Shown here one piece after another: positions 54,653-63,573 of a stretch of DNA of 64,000 bases. Under the pieces are notes generated by a model. It made no database searches and had not been told where the DNA came from. It was given only the letters and a program-made list of their open reading frames with translations. The first letter of the stretch is position 1; every line of letters starts with the position of its first letter. Where the stretch lies: assembly GCA_042567505.1 (NCBI GenBank), contig JBHPJW010000004.1, forward strand, positions 1,151 to 65,150, in the 5' to 3' direction. The DNA comes from Fibrobacterota bacterium. GTDB taxonomy: Bacteria; Fibrobacterota; Fibrobacteria; UBA11236; JADFYW01. The position numbers and the translations under genes were made by a program.

Positions 54653-56068
54653 ATGAGGTACAGTTTTTTTAAGAACTTAGACAGCTATATGAAGCGCGGG
54701 ATGATCAGCAAGTTATCGCCCTATGTGATCTGCGTGGTTTTTATCATCTTTTTTTCCTGGTGGTCTAATCCCGGCCTAAAAGGGCATAGAATCGGAGATT
54801 CGGATGGCTATGTTGACGTGGCGCTGGAGACCCTCAACGAGGACGCGACTTCACGGCCTATTGGATACCCATTGGTGATAAGGTTAAGTATGTTCCTGGC
54901 CGGGGGGGAAGGCAAACACGGTGCGGCATGGCCGAGATTAGTGGTGATAATGCAGATGATATCCCTGTCTGCCCTGATCTCAGCAATGTTCTGGTTGTAT
55001 ACGACCCTGGGAATCTCTCCATGGATAGCCCTTCCCGCTGCGCTGGCTGTCGGTGTGAATCCCAACACCATAAGAAACGTCGGTTTCATCATTCCCGAAC
55101 TCCTGCTTGGAGTCATCATATCTCTGGCATGGATTCAACTGGTCCGTTTGTACAATCATAAGCATGCGGCTTGGAAAAAGGTTTTGGGAAAGGCCGCGCT
55201 CATTGGCGGTCTGAGCGGACTGGCCCTGCTGTTCAAGCCAGTATGGATACTGGGGATAGTGCCGCTTATGGCCGGAGCCGGTCTGGTTTTTATTGCCAGA
55301 CCAAAAATAGCCGGGGCCGTGATGGGAGTGATGTTACTCACCCATGTTGTCATCTGGTGGAGCTGGCAGGTTTTTCTGCTAATCCATTTTAATCAAATCA
55401 AACCTTCCGTGGCTTCAGCAAATATGTTTAACTTCTGTTCTATCCGGGCAGGTTTGACGCATCATGCGGAGGGTACTCCTCTTTATCACTATATGGAGGA
55501 AAAGGGAATCCTGGATGAGGCAAAGAGCCTGACCTGGCATGATTTTGAAAAATGGAGCAGGATAAGGCAGCAGATCGGTTATCCGATAAGGTATGACGAA
55601 ACATTTTACCGGGCTGTTTTTGCCCGGGAAATAATGACGTTGATAAAAATCCAAATCAGCAGGTGGCCAAAGTTTTTTACTACCAGGACGCCCTTTCCAA
55701 GGGGCGGGGACGATTACACATTTCCCCTCATGCCGTCTTTTGTCCGATACCTGTATTACGGGTCTTACAACTGGTTGTTCAGGCCCATTGGACCGATCCT
55801 GCTCATTTTGTCCTTGGTTTACGGGATGTATAATCCCCGCCTGAGGCCGGTAACCATTAGCGCCGCTTTGATAATTCTGTATTTTTCCAGCGTTGTCACT
55901 TTTTCATCCTACCAGAATCCGCTTTTTATGCGTTTGAGGGTAGGGTTGGAAATGATGTTATTATTTATGGCCTTCCTTCCTTTATGCGTTTTTTCTCAAA
56001 AACTGCTGGACCGGTGGAAACCATTGCTTTCAGGCGCGCCAATTGAAAAAACTGATAACCGTCCATGA
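54653..56068 (+). CDS. Polytopic membrane protein, candidate GT-C-fold (ArnT/PMT/Emb-like) lipid-linked-sugar transferase
   Basis: 471 aa with at least 10 hydrophobic spans. An acidic cluster GDSDGYVD follows the first span, where GT-C enzymes carry their catalytic Asp/Glu motif. No Wzy or ligase signature was recognised. Confidence 0.45.
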   Translation: MRYSFFKNLDSYMKRGMISKLSPYVICVVFIIFFSWWSNPGLKGHRIGDSDGYVDVALETLNEDATSRPIGYPLVIRLSMFLAGGEGKHGAAWPRLVVIMQMISLSALISAMFWLYTTLGISPWIALPAALAVGVNPNTIRNVGFIIPELLLGVIISLAWIQLVRLYNHKHAAWKKVLGKAALIGGLSGLALLFKPVWILGIVPLMAGAGLVFIARPKIAGAVMGVMLLTHVVIWWSWQVFLLIHFNQIKPSVASANMFNFCSIRAGLTHHAEGTPLYHYMEEKGILDEAKSLTWHDFEKWSRIRQQIGYPIRYDETFYRAVFAREIMTLIKIQISRWPKFFTTRTPFPRGGDDYTFPLMPSFVRYLYYGSYNWLFRPIGPILLILSLVYGMYNPRLRPVTISAALIILYFSSVVTFSSYQNPLFMRLRVGLEMMLLFMAFLPLCVFSQKLLDRWKPLLSGAPIEKTDNRP

Positions 56069-57885
56069 CACGCGTTAACGGATCAGCCAACCCGGAAGAA
56101 ACCAGGCCTTTGTCCTGGATAGGGGACATTTTAATCGCTTTCAAGGATGCGGGTGACATATATGCTGAGAGGGTGAAGGTATCTCCCTGGGAATTGATGA
56201 CAGAAGATCCGGAATGGAAGGTCCATGTGTGCCCCGGTGGATCGCTAAAATGGAAGGGGACTCCTTACCGGAGGTTGACAGTGGACGGATGGGAATTCTG
56301 GGTGTTGGGGGAGTTTTATGATACGGATGATGGAGCATCGCAGCTGAAAAGGCTTACCCTGTCATCGGAAGATGGAAATGGCCTGAACGGGTATTTCCTG
56401 ATATTTGCGTGGGAAGCCAGGAATAAAAAATGGCATATTTGGACAGACAGGTTTGGCAGTCTGCACGCCTATTATACGGTTTCCGGAAGCCGGAGGGCGA
56501 TTTCCACTTACTCCCCCGCCCTCTATCCCCTGACAGCCAAGGAACTCGACTGGAGCGGTATCACAGGTTTTATGTCCACGGGAATTTTTCCTCAGGACAG
56601 AACTTATTATCAGGACGTTAAGATCTTCAGGCCGGCCTCCCATTACGTATTTGATTCAAAAGGCTCATTGGTTAAGCAGGAACGGTACTGGCGCTGGTGC
56701 CACAAACAGAATTTCAAACGTTCCTACCAGGAAACACTTGTACAATTGGACGATCTATTCAAAAGCGTCATTTTCTCTCATTCCAATCCGGGAAGAGTGG
56801 GCATCCCCCTTTCGGGAGGGCTGGATTCGCGGACCATTGTAGCCTGCCTGGATGAAGATGTGCTGGAGCGGAAACAGAAATCAATATTTGCATACTCCTA
56901 TGGTTACTATGACAAATCACCGGAAACAGAAATATCCCGCCGCATTGCCGAGGAAAGGGCCTTAGCATTTGAGAAGTATACAATCGGGCCCTACCTGTTT
57001 GACAAAATCGAGGACATTGTGGCGTGTGTTGAGGGCTTTCAAGACGTTAACCAGTGCCGTCAAGCCTTTGTCATGGAACGGTTTTATCCAAAGGTAGATT
57101 ATGTGCTTGGCGGCCATATGGGGGATCTGTGGTTTGATACCATGGGGGTTGCCGGTAACATGGCAAACAGCATGAGCGATGACGCCTGCGCCGCCCATGT
57201 TCTGCATAAAATTGAAAGGATTGGGCGCAATTGGCTTCAGCGGTATTTGTGCCGACCCATGCTCGGCTCAGACGGAGTGGAGGCGCTTCTGAGGCATATG
57301 GTCAAAGAAGAGCTGGATGCGGTCAGTCATATACAGGATCGTGACTTCCAGATAAAAGCCTACAAAGTGGAACAATGGGTGTTTCGCCTTACCAACGGGA
57401 GTTCAAAAATGTACCAGGCCGGCGCTTTCCCCAAAATGCCTTTTTATGATACAAGGTTTACGGATTTTATAGCAACCGTGCCTAATGCCTGTCTGAGAGG
57501 GAGGCGGCTCCAGATTGATTATCTGAAGAAATTCGCTCCGGAGCTGGCCCGGGTGAAATGGGAGGTCTATGACACTACCCTGTTCAGGTTGAAATATTTT
57601 AATAACCTGCTTTTGCCTAAAAGAGCTGTTAAAAAGTTCTGGCGCACTGTTAGGGGGAAAAGGCCCATAGAATTGAACTGGGAAGTTCAATTATTGAATT
57701 CCCGCGGAAGGGAGGGGCTGGAACACTGGCTGTTGAGAAAAGGCCTGCGCTTACATGATTTCGTTTCTCCCAATGAAATAAAACGGCTCGTCGACAGCTT
57801 CTATCAGGATCCTTACGCGGAAAAGAGGGGATATACAGTGTCCATGCTGCTTACTTTTTCGGCCTGGCTTGAATTGCTCAGCTGA
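56065..57885 (+). CDS. Asparagine-synthase-like ATP-pyrophosphatase/amidotransferase lacking the N-terminal Cys nucleophile
   Basis: PP-loop GIPLSGGLDSRT. The N-terminus MTRVNGSANPEE... has no MCG. ATGA overlap with the upstream membrane protein gene. Confidence 0.7.
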   Translation: MTRVNGSANPEETRPLSWIGDILIAFKDAGDIYAERVKVSPWELMTEDPEWKVHVCPGGSLKWKGTPYRRLTVDGWEFWVLGEFYDTDDGASQLKRLTLSSEDGNGLNGYFLIFAWEARNKKWHIWTDRFGSLHAYYTVSGSRRAISTYSPALYPLTAKELDWSGITGFMSTGIFPQDRTYYQDVKIFRPASHYVFDSKGSLVKQERYWRWCHKQNFKRSYQETLVQLDDLFKSVIFSHSNPGRVGIPLSGGLDSRTIVACLDEDVLERKQKSIFAYSYGYYDKSPETEISRRIAEERALAFEKYTIGPYLFDKIEDIVACVEGFQDVNQCRQAFVMERFYPKVDYVLGGHMGDLWFDTMGVAGNMANSMSDDACAAHVLHKIERIGRNWLQRYLCRPMLGSDGVEALLRHMVKEELDAVSHIQDRDFQIKAYKVEQWVFRLTNGSSKMYQAGAFPKMPFYDTRFTDFIATVPNACLRGRRLQIDYLKKFAPELARVKWEVYDTTLFRLKYFNNLLLPKRAVKKFWRTVRGKRPIELNWEVQLLNSRGREGLEHWLLRKGLRLHDFVSPNEIKRLVDSFYQDPYAEKRGYTVSMLLTFSAWLELLS

Positions 57886-58034
57886 TTGTATGAAAGACCG
57901 GGAATAGTCTTTGTCCGGTAGTCGGGAGTGAGAGCGTAACTGCGCAAATCTGAAGTCCGATCCATGACTGCAGAATCCTGTTTTTTTAACCTGGAAACTC
58001 TGGGAAAGAAAATAAAAACACGCTTGTATATCAA

Positions 58035-59222
58035 ATGCGAATATTAGTACTAGGTGCTTCCCGGCCTCTCCAGACCTTTTTATCCCGATTGTTTAACGGC
58101 CTTGCGGATTCAGGTCATCAGGTGATGGTGGGAGTGAAAAATCCTCCCTCCCGGCTTGAGGAAAAGAAGGGAAATGTCCGCTGGGTCCGTGTACCGGAAT
58201 GGTCCGGACCCGGGTGGTTGAAATCAGTCCGGTGTCTGCTCTGGGTGGTGGGCTCATACCTGAAGAAGCCCTCGGTAACCAGACAGGTATTAAGATATGC
58301 GGGTGAAGCGGTGAATCCAGAAAAAAAATACGAACTCTTGTTCAGGTCCCTGGCGGTTTTGCGATACCGCTTTGATATCGTGTACTTCCCCTGGAACACA
58401 GCTGCCATTAATTATCTGCCCCTCATGAACATCGGCATTGCCTGTGTTATCAGCTGCCGGGGAGCCCAGGTCAATATAGCTCCCCATAATCCGTTCAGGA
58501 AGCACATAAGAGAGGGGCTTAAAAACAGCTTTGAAAAAGCTGCGGCTGTGCACTGCGTTTCACGGCATATCCTTGATGAGGCGGTAAAACTCGGGCTGGA
58601 GAAAGCCAAGGCAAAGGTGATTACGCCGGCAGTGGATCCGGAGTTCTTTTGCCCTCCGGAGAGCCGGGGCAGGGAACGGGAGCGGTTTGTCCTCATCTCA
58701 ACCGGCTCGCTCATCTGGAGGAAAGGTTTTGAGTTTGCGCTCATGGCTGTTCAAATCCTGAAGAAGCAAGGCATTCCGGTGGTGTTCAGGATTATCGGGG
58801 AAGGGCCTGAAAGGCAGAGGATACTTTTTACCGCCGCTGATCTGGATATAGAAGATTCGATTGTTTTACTGGGAAGCCGCAGGCCGGTTGAAATTAGAGA
58901 TGAATTGCAGAGAGCCGATCTGTACCTTTTGTCCAGTCTGAGCGAGGGTATAAGCAATTCGGCCCTGGAGGCAATGGCCTGCGGTCTGCCGGTGGTCAGT
59001 ACTGACTGCGGCGGCATGTCCGAAGTGATTGTTTCCGGGGTTCAGGGTCTCCTGGTCCCCCTACAGGAGCCTTTATCAATGGCAGAAGCCGTTGCCGCTG
59101 TCTATCACGATCCTGAGGGTGGTCGGAAAATGGGAGAAAAGGCCCGGGAAACCATCCTGAAAGACTTTACCTTGAAACAGCAGGTAAGGGACTTCGACCT
59201 TGTGTTAAAATCCACAGGATGA
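58035..59222 (+). CDS. GT4-family glycosyltransferase
   Basis: MRILVLGAS N-terminus and SSLSEGISNSALEAMACGLPVVSTDCGG. Confidence 0.8.
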   Translation: MRILVLGASRPLQTFLSRLFNGLADSGHQVMVGVKNPPSRLEEKKGNVRWVRVPEWSGPGWLKSVRCLLWVVGSYLKKPSVTRQVLRYAGEAVNPEKKYELLFRSLAVLRYRFDIVYFPWNTAAINYLPLMNIGIACVISCRGAQVNIAPHNPFRKHIREGLKNSFEKAAAVHCVSRHILDEAVKLGLEKAKAKVITPAVDPEFFCPPESRGRERERFVLISTGSLIWRKGFEFALMAVQILKKQGIPVVFRIIGEGPERQRILFTAADLDIEDSIVLLGSRRPVEIRDELQRADLYLLSSLSEGISNSALEAMACGLPVVSTDCGGMSEVIVSGVQGLLVPLQEPLSMAEAVAAVYHDPEGGRKMGEKARETILKDFTLKQQVRDFDLVLKSTG

Positions 59223-60448
59223 AAATCGTCATTCTCGTACCCGGATTTCCGAAGCTGTCCGAGACCTTCATTATAAATAAATTCCTCGGTCTGCTACGCA
59301 TGGATATTGATGTATCTATTGTTTGCCAGCGCAAAAACACCTCAGACTGGCAATACTTTCCCCAGTTGGCGCGGGACCGGAAACTGCGGAAAAAAATTCA
59401 TGCCATACCTCCCCATGGCAGCGCTTTTCCTGTGGTTTTCTTGTTTCCCTTTGTTTTCTTGTTTGCCCTTTTTGCTCATCCGGCAAAGACCGTAAGATAC
59501 CTGGTCCGCGGAAAAAAGAAATTTGGCCTGTCCTTGATAAAGAGGTTTTATCTGGACGCAAAACTGATTCAAACCTCGCCGGACATTATCCACTTTGAGT
59601 TCGGCGCCCTTGCGGCCAGGCAGATGTATTTGAGTGAACTCTTGAACTGCCGCCTGGTAGTAAGTTTCCGGGGATATGACATAAATTATGTGGGTTTAGA
59701 GGACCCGGGTTATTACACCCGGGTCTGGCGGCAGGCACATGCGCTGCATTTCTTGGGTAAAGACCTCTGGAACAGGGCAAAAAAAAGGGGATGTCCGGAA
59801 AGTAAACCTGTATATTTTATTCCTCCCGCCATTGACACCGGTTTGTTCAATCCCGGCGAAAAGGAGCAGATAGCGGAGCGGGGCACGCCCGAAAGCCCAC
59901 TCAGGATTTTAAGTGTCGGCAGGCTGGAATGGAAAAAAGGCTATGAATTCGCCCTGCAGAGCATAAGAGTTTTAAGGGAAAAAGGCATTCATTGCCATTA
60001 CCGGATAATAGGGACTGGGGAACATATAAATGCTTTAATCTGCGCCCGCCGGCATTTAGAATTGGATTCCTGCGTGGAGATTCTAGGGCCGCTGCAGCCG
60101 GCTGGGGTCAAAAAGGAAATGGAGCGGTCGGACGTGTTTCTCCAGGCATCGGTCTCGGAGGGCTTTTGCAACGCCGTCATGGAGGCCCAGGCCATGAAAC
60201 TGCCGGTGGTTTGCACTGATGCGGACGGACTGGGTGAGAACGTGAAACATGGGGTAACCGGTTTTGTGGTCCCTCGCAGGAGCCCCCGGGCTTTGGCTGA
60301 CGCCATGGAGAAATTGGCCCGTAACCCGTTCCTGCGGCATGAATACGGAGAAGCGGGCCGTAACCGAATTATGAATAAATTTCAATTGAATGACCAAATA
60401 AAACTATTTGCAGATATGTATAATGATGCGGTTAAAGAAAAGTATTAA
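59219..60448 (+). CDS. GT4-family glycosyltransferase (WcaL-like architecture)
   Basis: MKIVILVPGFPKLSETFI N-terminus and ASVSEGFCNAVMEAQAMKLPVVCTDADG. ATGA overlap with the upstream gene. Confidence 0.8.
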   Translation: MKIVILVPGFPKLSETFIINKFLGLLRMDIDVSIVCQRKNTSDWQYFPQLARDRKLRKKIHAIPPHGSAFPVVFLFPFVFLFALFAHPAKTVRYLVRGKKKFGLSLIKRFYLDAKLIQTSPDIIHFEFGALAARQMYLSELLNCRLVVSFRGYDINYVGLEDPGYYTRVWRQAHALHFLGKDLWNRAKKRGCPESKPVYFIPPAIDTGLFNPGEKEQIAERGTPESPLRILSVGRLEWKKGYEFALQSIRVLREKGIHCHYRIIGTGEHINALICARRHLELDSCVEILGPLQPAGVKKEMERSDVFLQASVSEGFCNAVMEAQAMKLPVVCTDADGLGENVKHGVTGFVVPRRSPRALADAMEKLARNPFLRHEYGEAGRNRIMNKFQLNDQIKLFADMYNDAVKEKY

Positions 60449-60487
60449 ATCAAAAGTTAAGGCTCTTTTAAAAAGAGTAAACTATGA

Positions 60488-61204
60488 GTGCGCCAAGCAA
60501 AGCTAATATGAGCAAGCCGGACAATCCGGTACATGTAACGACTAACCACCGGCATGGAACTGAACCGAGAGTATGGTGAGGTAACAAACCATGCGAAGCC
60601 TCGGGAAAGGCCGTTTGTCAGCCACAACGCAAGTGAAGGTATTGAGCCCCGAAATAACTCTCTTTGCACAGGGCCAGGGGTTTCATTTCCCTGAAGCCAA
60701 CAGCGAAGCACACGCTAAAGAAGGTGAGTGTGTTTTCGACGTGCCGGGGTCTGAGTCCGTGGCGGGTAAACGAACTGTTCATATTGGAACTTGGGAGAAC
60801 CAAAGCATTTCAGGAAGCTGTAGAAGAACAGAAGATGTGATGATGCAGTATGCTGCTTTGGTGGTCGGACTAACTCATAGTAGAGGTGTAAATAAGGTAA
60901 TGCTTATTGAGGATAAGAAAGTCCACTCGAAGGGGTTAGCAGTTTCACGCAAAAAGTATGGCAAGGACAATATGCTATCCACAGAGGTAGATAAGGTCAT
61001 ACACAGAAATGGCTGGGTCATAATTTCCACCTACTTTTATATCTGCATGGTACTGGAAACAGACTTATCATACAAGCTTAGCAGGAATAAGCATGTTTAT
61101 AGGGTAACAAATAAATCGTTATGCCATGTAAGGAGTGAGATTGAAGAGCCGGATGTGGGAAATTCACAAGTCCGGTTCTGTGAGGGGCATGGGCTTTCTC
61201 ACAT
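60488..61204 (+). mobile_element. ORF-less group II intron (self-splicing ribozyme); 3' boundary uncertain by about 10 nt
   Basis: 5' GTGCG at 60488-60492 matches the GUGYG consensus. A canonical domain V lies at 61146-61178, a domain VI-like hairpin at 61179-61202, and the sequence ends AT. The ~717-nt length cannot hold a reverse transcriptase ORF. Confidence 0.8.
61146..61178 (+). ncRNA. Group II intron domain V
   Basis: GAGCCGGATGTGGGAAATTCACAAGTCCGGTTC. The 9-bp lower helix runs 61146-61154 with 61170-61178. The AGC catalytic triad is at 61147-61149. A 2-nt AA bulge sits at 61168-61169. The upper helix is GTGG/TCAC around a GAAA-type loop. Confidence 0.85.
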
Positions 61205-61302
61205 GAAAATGAAACTTAAAACATAGGAGAAAGTCACATGTCTACTCGACAGTTCATTATATTGGGGAAAAAAAGAAATTTATCGGTCAAAATGATGAAA
61301 AG

Positions 61303-61863
61303 GTGTTCTGGGATACCTTCGGGATAAAAAAGGTCCAATACGGGTGCGGGAGGAAATTTCTTCATGATTGGGTGAATCTTGACTATATAAACAGGGAAGA
61401 ACTGGAAAAAAACCAAGGATTGAGAGAAGATGATGTATATTACAAAATTGACTTGACTATGAGGCAACCCTTCCCGGACGGCCATTTCGAATACGCTTTT
61501 TCGGAGGATTTCTTAGAGCATCTAAATCAGTCGGACTCTTTGATTTTTCTCTGTGAATGTTACAGGACCTTAAGCAAGGGGGGGGTGCTTAGATTAGGCT
61601 TTCCAGGCCTGGAAAATGTGTTAACATCCCATTTTCCGGAAACAGATTTTAAAAGCGCCTGTTTGTTAAAAGAGCAGGCATATGCCCGTCATCAACACCT
61701 TCATTTTTATTCCAGAAAGGAATTGGAATTAGTGGCCCTGCACATAGGCTTCTCTGAAGTGCGTTTTGCCGATTACAGGATTTCTGAGTTCAAGGAGTTA
61801 AGAGGCCTCGATACCAGAGAAAACCAGAAGAACATGAATACTTACGTTGAACTGATAAAATAA
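61303..61863 (+). CDS. Class I SAM methyltransferase; N-terminus uncertain (possible frameshift at an A7 run)
   Basis: Motif I-like KVQYGCGRKF, FSEDFLEHL and GGVLRLGFP. The GTG start has no clear SD. A strong SD plus ATG at 61225/61238 is in another frame. Confidence 0.6.
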   Translation: MFWDTFGIKKVQYGCGRKFLHDWVNLDYINREELEKNQGLREDDVYYKIDLTMRQPFPDGHFEYAFSEDFLEHLNQSDSLIFLCECYRTLSKGGVLRLGFPGLENVLTSHFPETDFKSACLLKEQAYARHQHLHFYSRKELELVALHIGFSEVRFADYRISEFKELRGLDTRENQKNMNTYVELIK

Positions 61864-61868
61864 CCTGA

Positions 61869-63512
61869 ATGATGAACGCCGCTATCTCTCCGCGAATCGA
61901 CATCATCCGGACGGGATCCAACTCAGGAGAAAATGACTGGCCGTTGGGCAGCGTTTATTTCAGCAAGCCCTGCCCAGAGGAACTTTATAAGATACTTACC
62001 AAGGTCTTGTTGTCCTCTCGAGCTGAGTACATTTTATTCTGGGATGAGCATCTCGGCATGCCTGAGCCTGAAATGGTACGTGCTGTTTGCCGCCTGCCGG
62101 GAAACGTATGGCATGCCGGATTGCGTTTAGGGCTTTCGGGTCTGCCCAGGGTCCTGGATTTTGTTCATCCGGCCTGGACATTGAACCTCGATCCCAGCCC
62201 GGAAATTGAATCCAGCGGCTGGAGGATCTCTCTGAGGGCCTGCCTGGCGGAACGCCGGGTATTACAGGACCTGGAACATGTATCGCCCGAGTTCGATACC
62301 CTGGAAGGCGCCGGCCTGGATATGGGATACAGGTACATTACACAGGGAGTTTTTGTGCGGCATGTTCCCTGGCTGATACCCGGCGAGACCGGCAGTTCGC
62401 TTCCCAGCCCGTCTCTTAAGGATGAGGTACTTTTTTGTCACAGGAACTTCAATGGTTTCTGGAACCGCTGGGTTTTGTTCCGGGTCATAATGACGGCAGC
62501 TGTTCCGCGGTTACAATTCTGGAAGCATTGGTATGACATGAGGAAAAGTTCAAGAGAGCGCATGCGGCCCAAGCCATTTGCGCAAATAGGCCGTCTCCCC
62601 GGGGAGAGCGGGTCCGGGGCCGAAATAAGCATTCTGATCCCCACGCTGGACAGGTATCCATACCTTAAGACCCTGTTGAAACAAGTCAGGGAGCATGACA
62701 TAAAGCCGTATCAAATAATCATCATTGATCAGACTGCTCCCGAGAGACGAAAGAAAGATTTTTATGATGAATTCAATGATTTGCCGTTGAAAGTTATTTT
62801 CCAGGATTCTCCGGGGCAGTGCTCTTCCAGAAACGCGGGGATCAAAGCGGCCAAAGGCGAATACATTCTTTTTTTGGATGATGATGATGAGATCTCCCAG
62901 ACGCTCCTGAAGCGGCATCTGGAGAGCCTGGACGCCTGGCAGGCGCAGGTTTCCTCCGGAATCGCCCATGAGGACGGAATCGATCACCAGCCCCATAACT
63001 TTACCTTTGTCCGCACCAGTGACGTTTTTCCAACCAATAATACCATGATAAAAAAAACCATCCTCAACCAGAGCGGGCTTTTTGACCTGGCCTACAATCA
63101 TGGCTCAAGGGCCGACAGTGATCTGGGAACGAGGTTATATCTTGAGGGGAACTTCATGGTCCTTAATCCCGGGATTTCTGTGATACACCACCATGCTCCT
63201 CAGGGAGGGCTCAGGGTACATAAAGCCAGAACGGTAACCTATGCAAGCAGCCGGAACCGTCTTTTTCACAGGCATTTGCCCAGTGAGACTGAAATATACC
63301 GGGCCAGACGTTTCTTTACGCCTTCGCAGGTGAGAGAAATGCTGTGGATATTTGCCCTGGCGACTTTTAAGATCAGGGGCGGTCTCTCCAGGAAATGTCT
63401 AAAAATGATTTTAAGCCTGCTGGCTTTTCCCCATACCTGCTGGATTATGTTTAAGAGAAACAGGGCCGCCGGGAAAAGGTTAAAGGATTTTCCGGTGATT
63501 CCCCGATTGTAG
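61869..63512 (+). CDS. Two-module GT2-family glycosyltransferase
   Basis: C-terminal module ISILIPTLDRYPYL, IIIIDQT, SSRNAGI and FLDDDDE. The N-terminal ~230 aa looks like a degenerate GT2-like module. Confidence 0.7.
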   Translation: MMNAAISPRIDIIRTGSNSGENDWPLGSVYFSKPCPEELYKILTKVLLSSRAEYILFWDEHLGMPEPEMVRAVCRLPGNVWHAGLRLGLSGLPRVLDFVHPAWTLNLDPSPEIESSGWRISLRACLAERRVLQDLEHVSPEFDTLEGAGLDMGYRYITQGVFVRHVPWLIPGETGSSLPSPSLKDEVLFCHRNFNGFWNRWVLFRVIMTAAVPRLQFWKHWYDMRKSSRERMRPKPFAQIGRLPGESGSGAEISILIPTLDRYPYLKTLLKQVREHDIKPYQIIIIDQTAPERRKKDFYDEFNDLPLKVIFQDSPGQCSSRNAGIKAAKGEYILFLDDDDEISQTLLKRHLESLDAWQAQVSSGIAHEDGIDHQPHNFTFVRTSDVFPTNNTMIKKTILNQSGLFDLAYNHGSRADSDLGTRLYLEGNFMVLNPGISVIHHHAPQGGLRVHKARTVTYASSRNRLFHRHLPSETEIYRARRFFTPSQVREMLWIFALATFKIRGGLSRKCLKMILSLLAFPHTCWIMFKRNRAAGKRLKDFPVIPRL

Positions 63513-63573
63513 CTTTTAACTGGACTTCACCGGCTACCATGAGTAGAATAAAAGGAGAGGCATTGATAACCAG

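Noticed and set aside
60591-61226. 211-aa ORF (MRSLGKGRLSATTQ...) spanning the gap after the last GT4 gene
   Set aside because: It lies entirely inside the group II intron RNA and runs through domains V and VI. It has no SD or recognisable motif and its composition is unlike the neighbouring genes. I treat it as a chance ORF in structured RNA, not as an intron-encoded protein; there are no RT or maturase motifs.
60449-61302. Possibility that the intron interrupts a protein-coding gene
   Set aside because: The 5' flank (60449-60487) follows a stop codon and has no start. Joining 60487 to 61205 gives only a few codons before a stop (61224-61226, TAG). The intron therefore appears to be intergenic.
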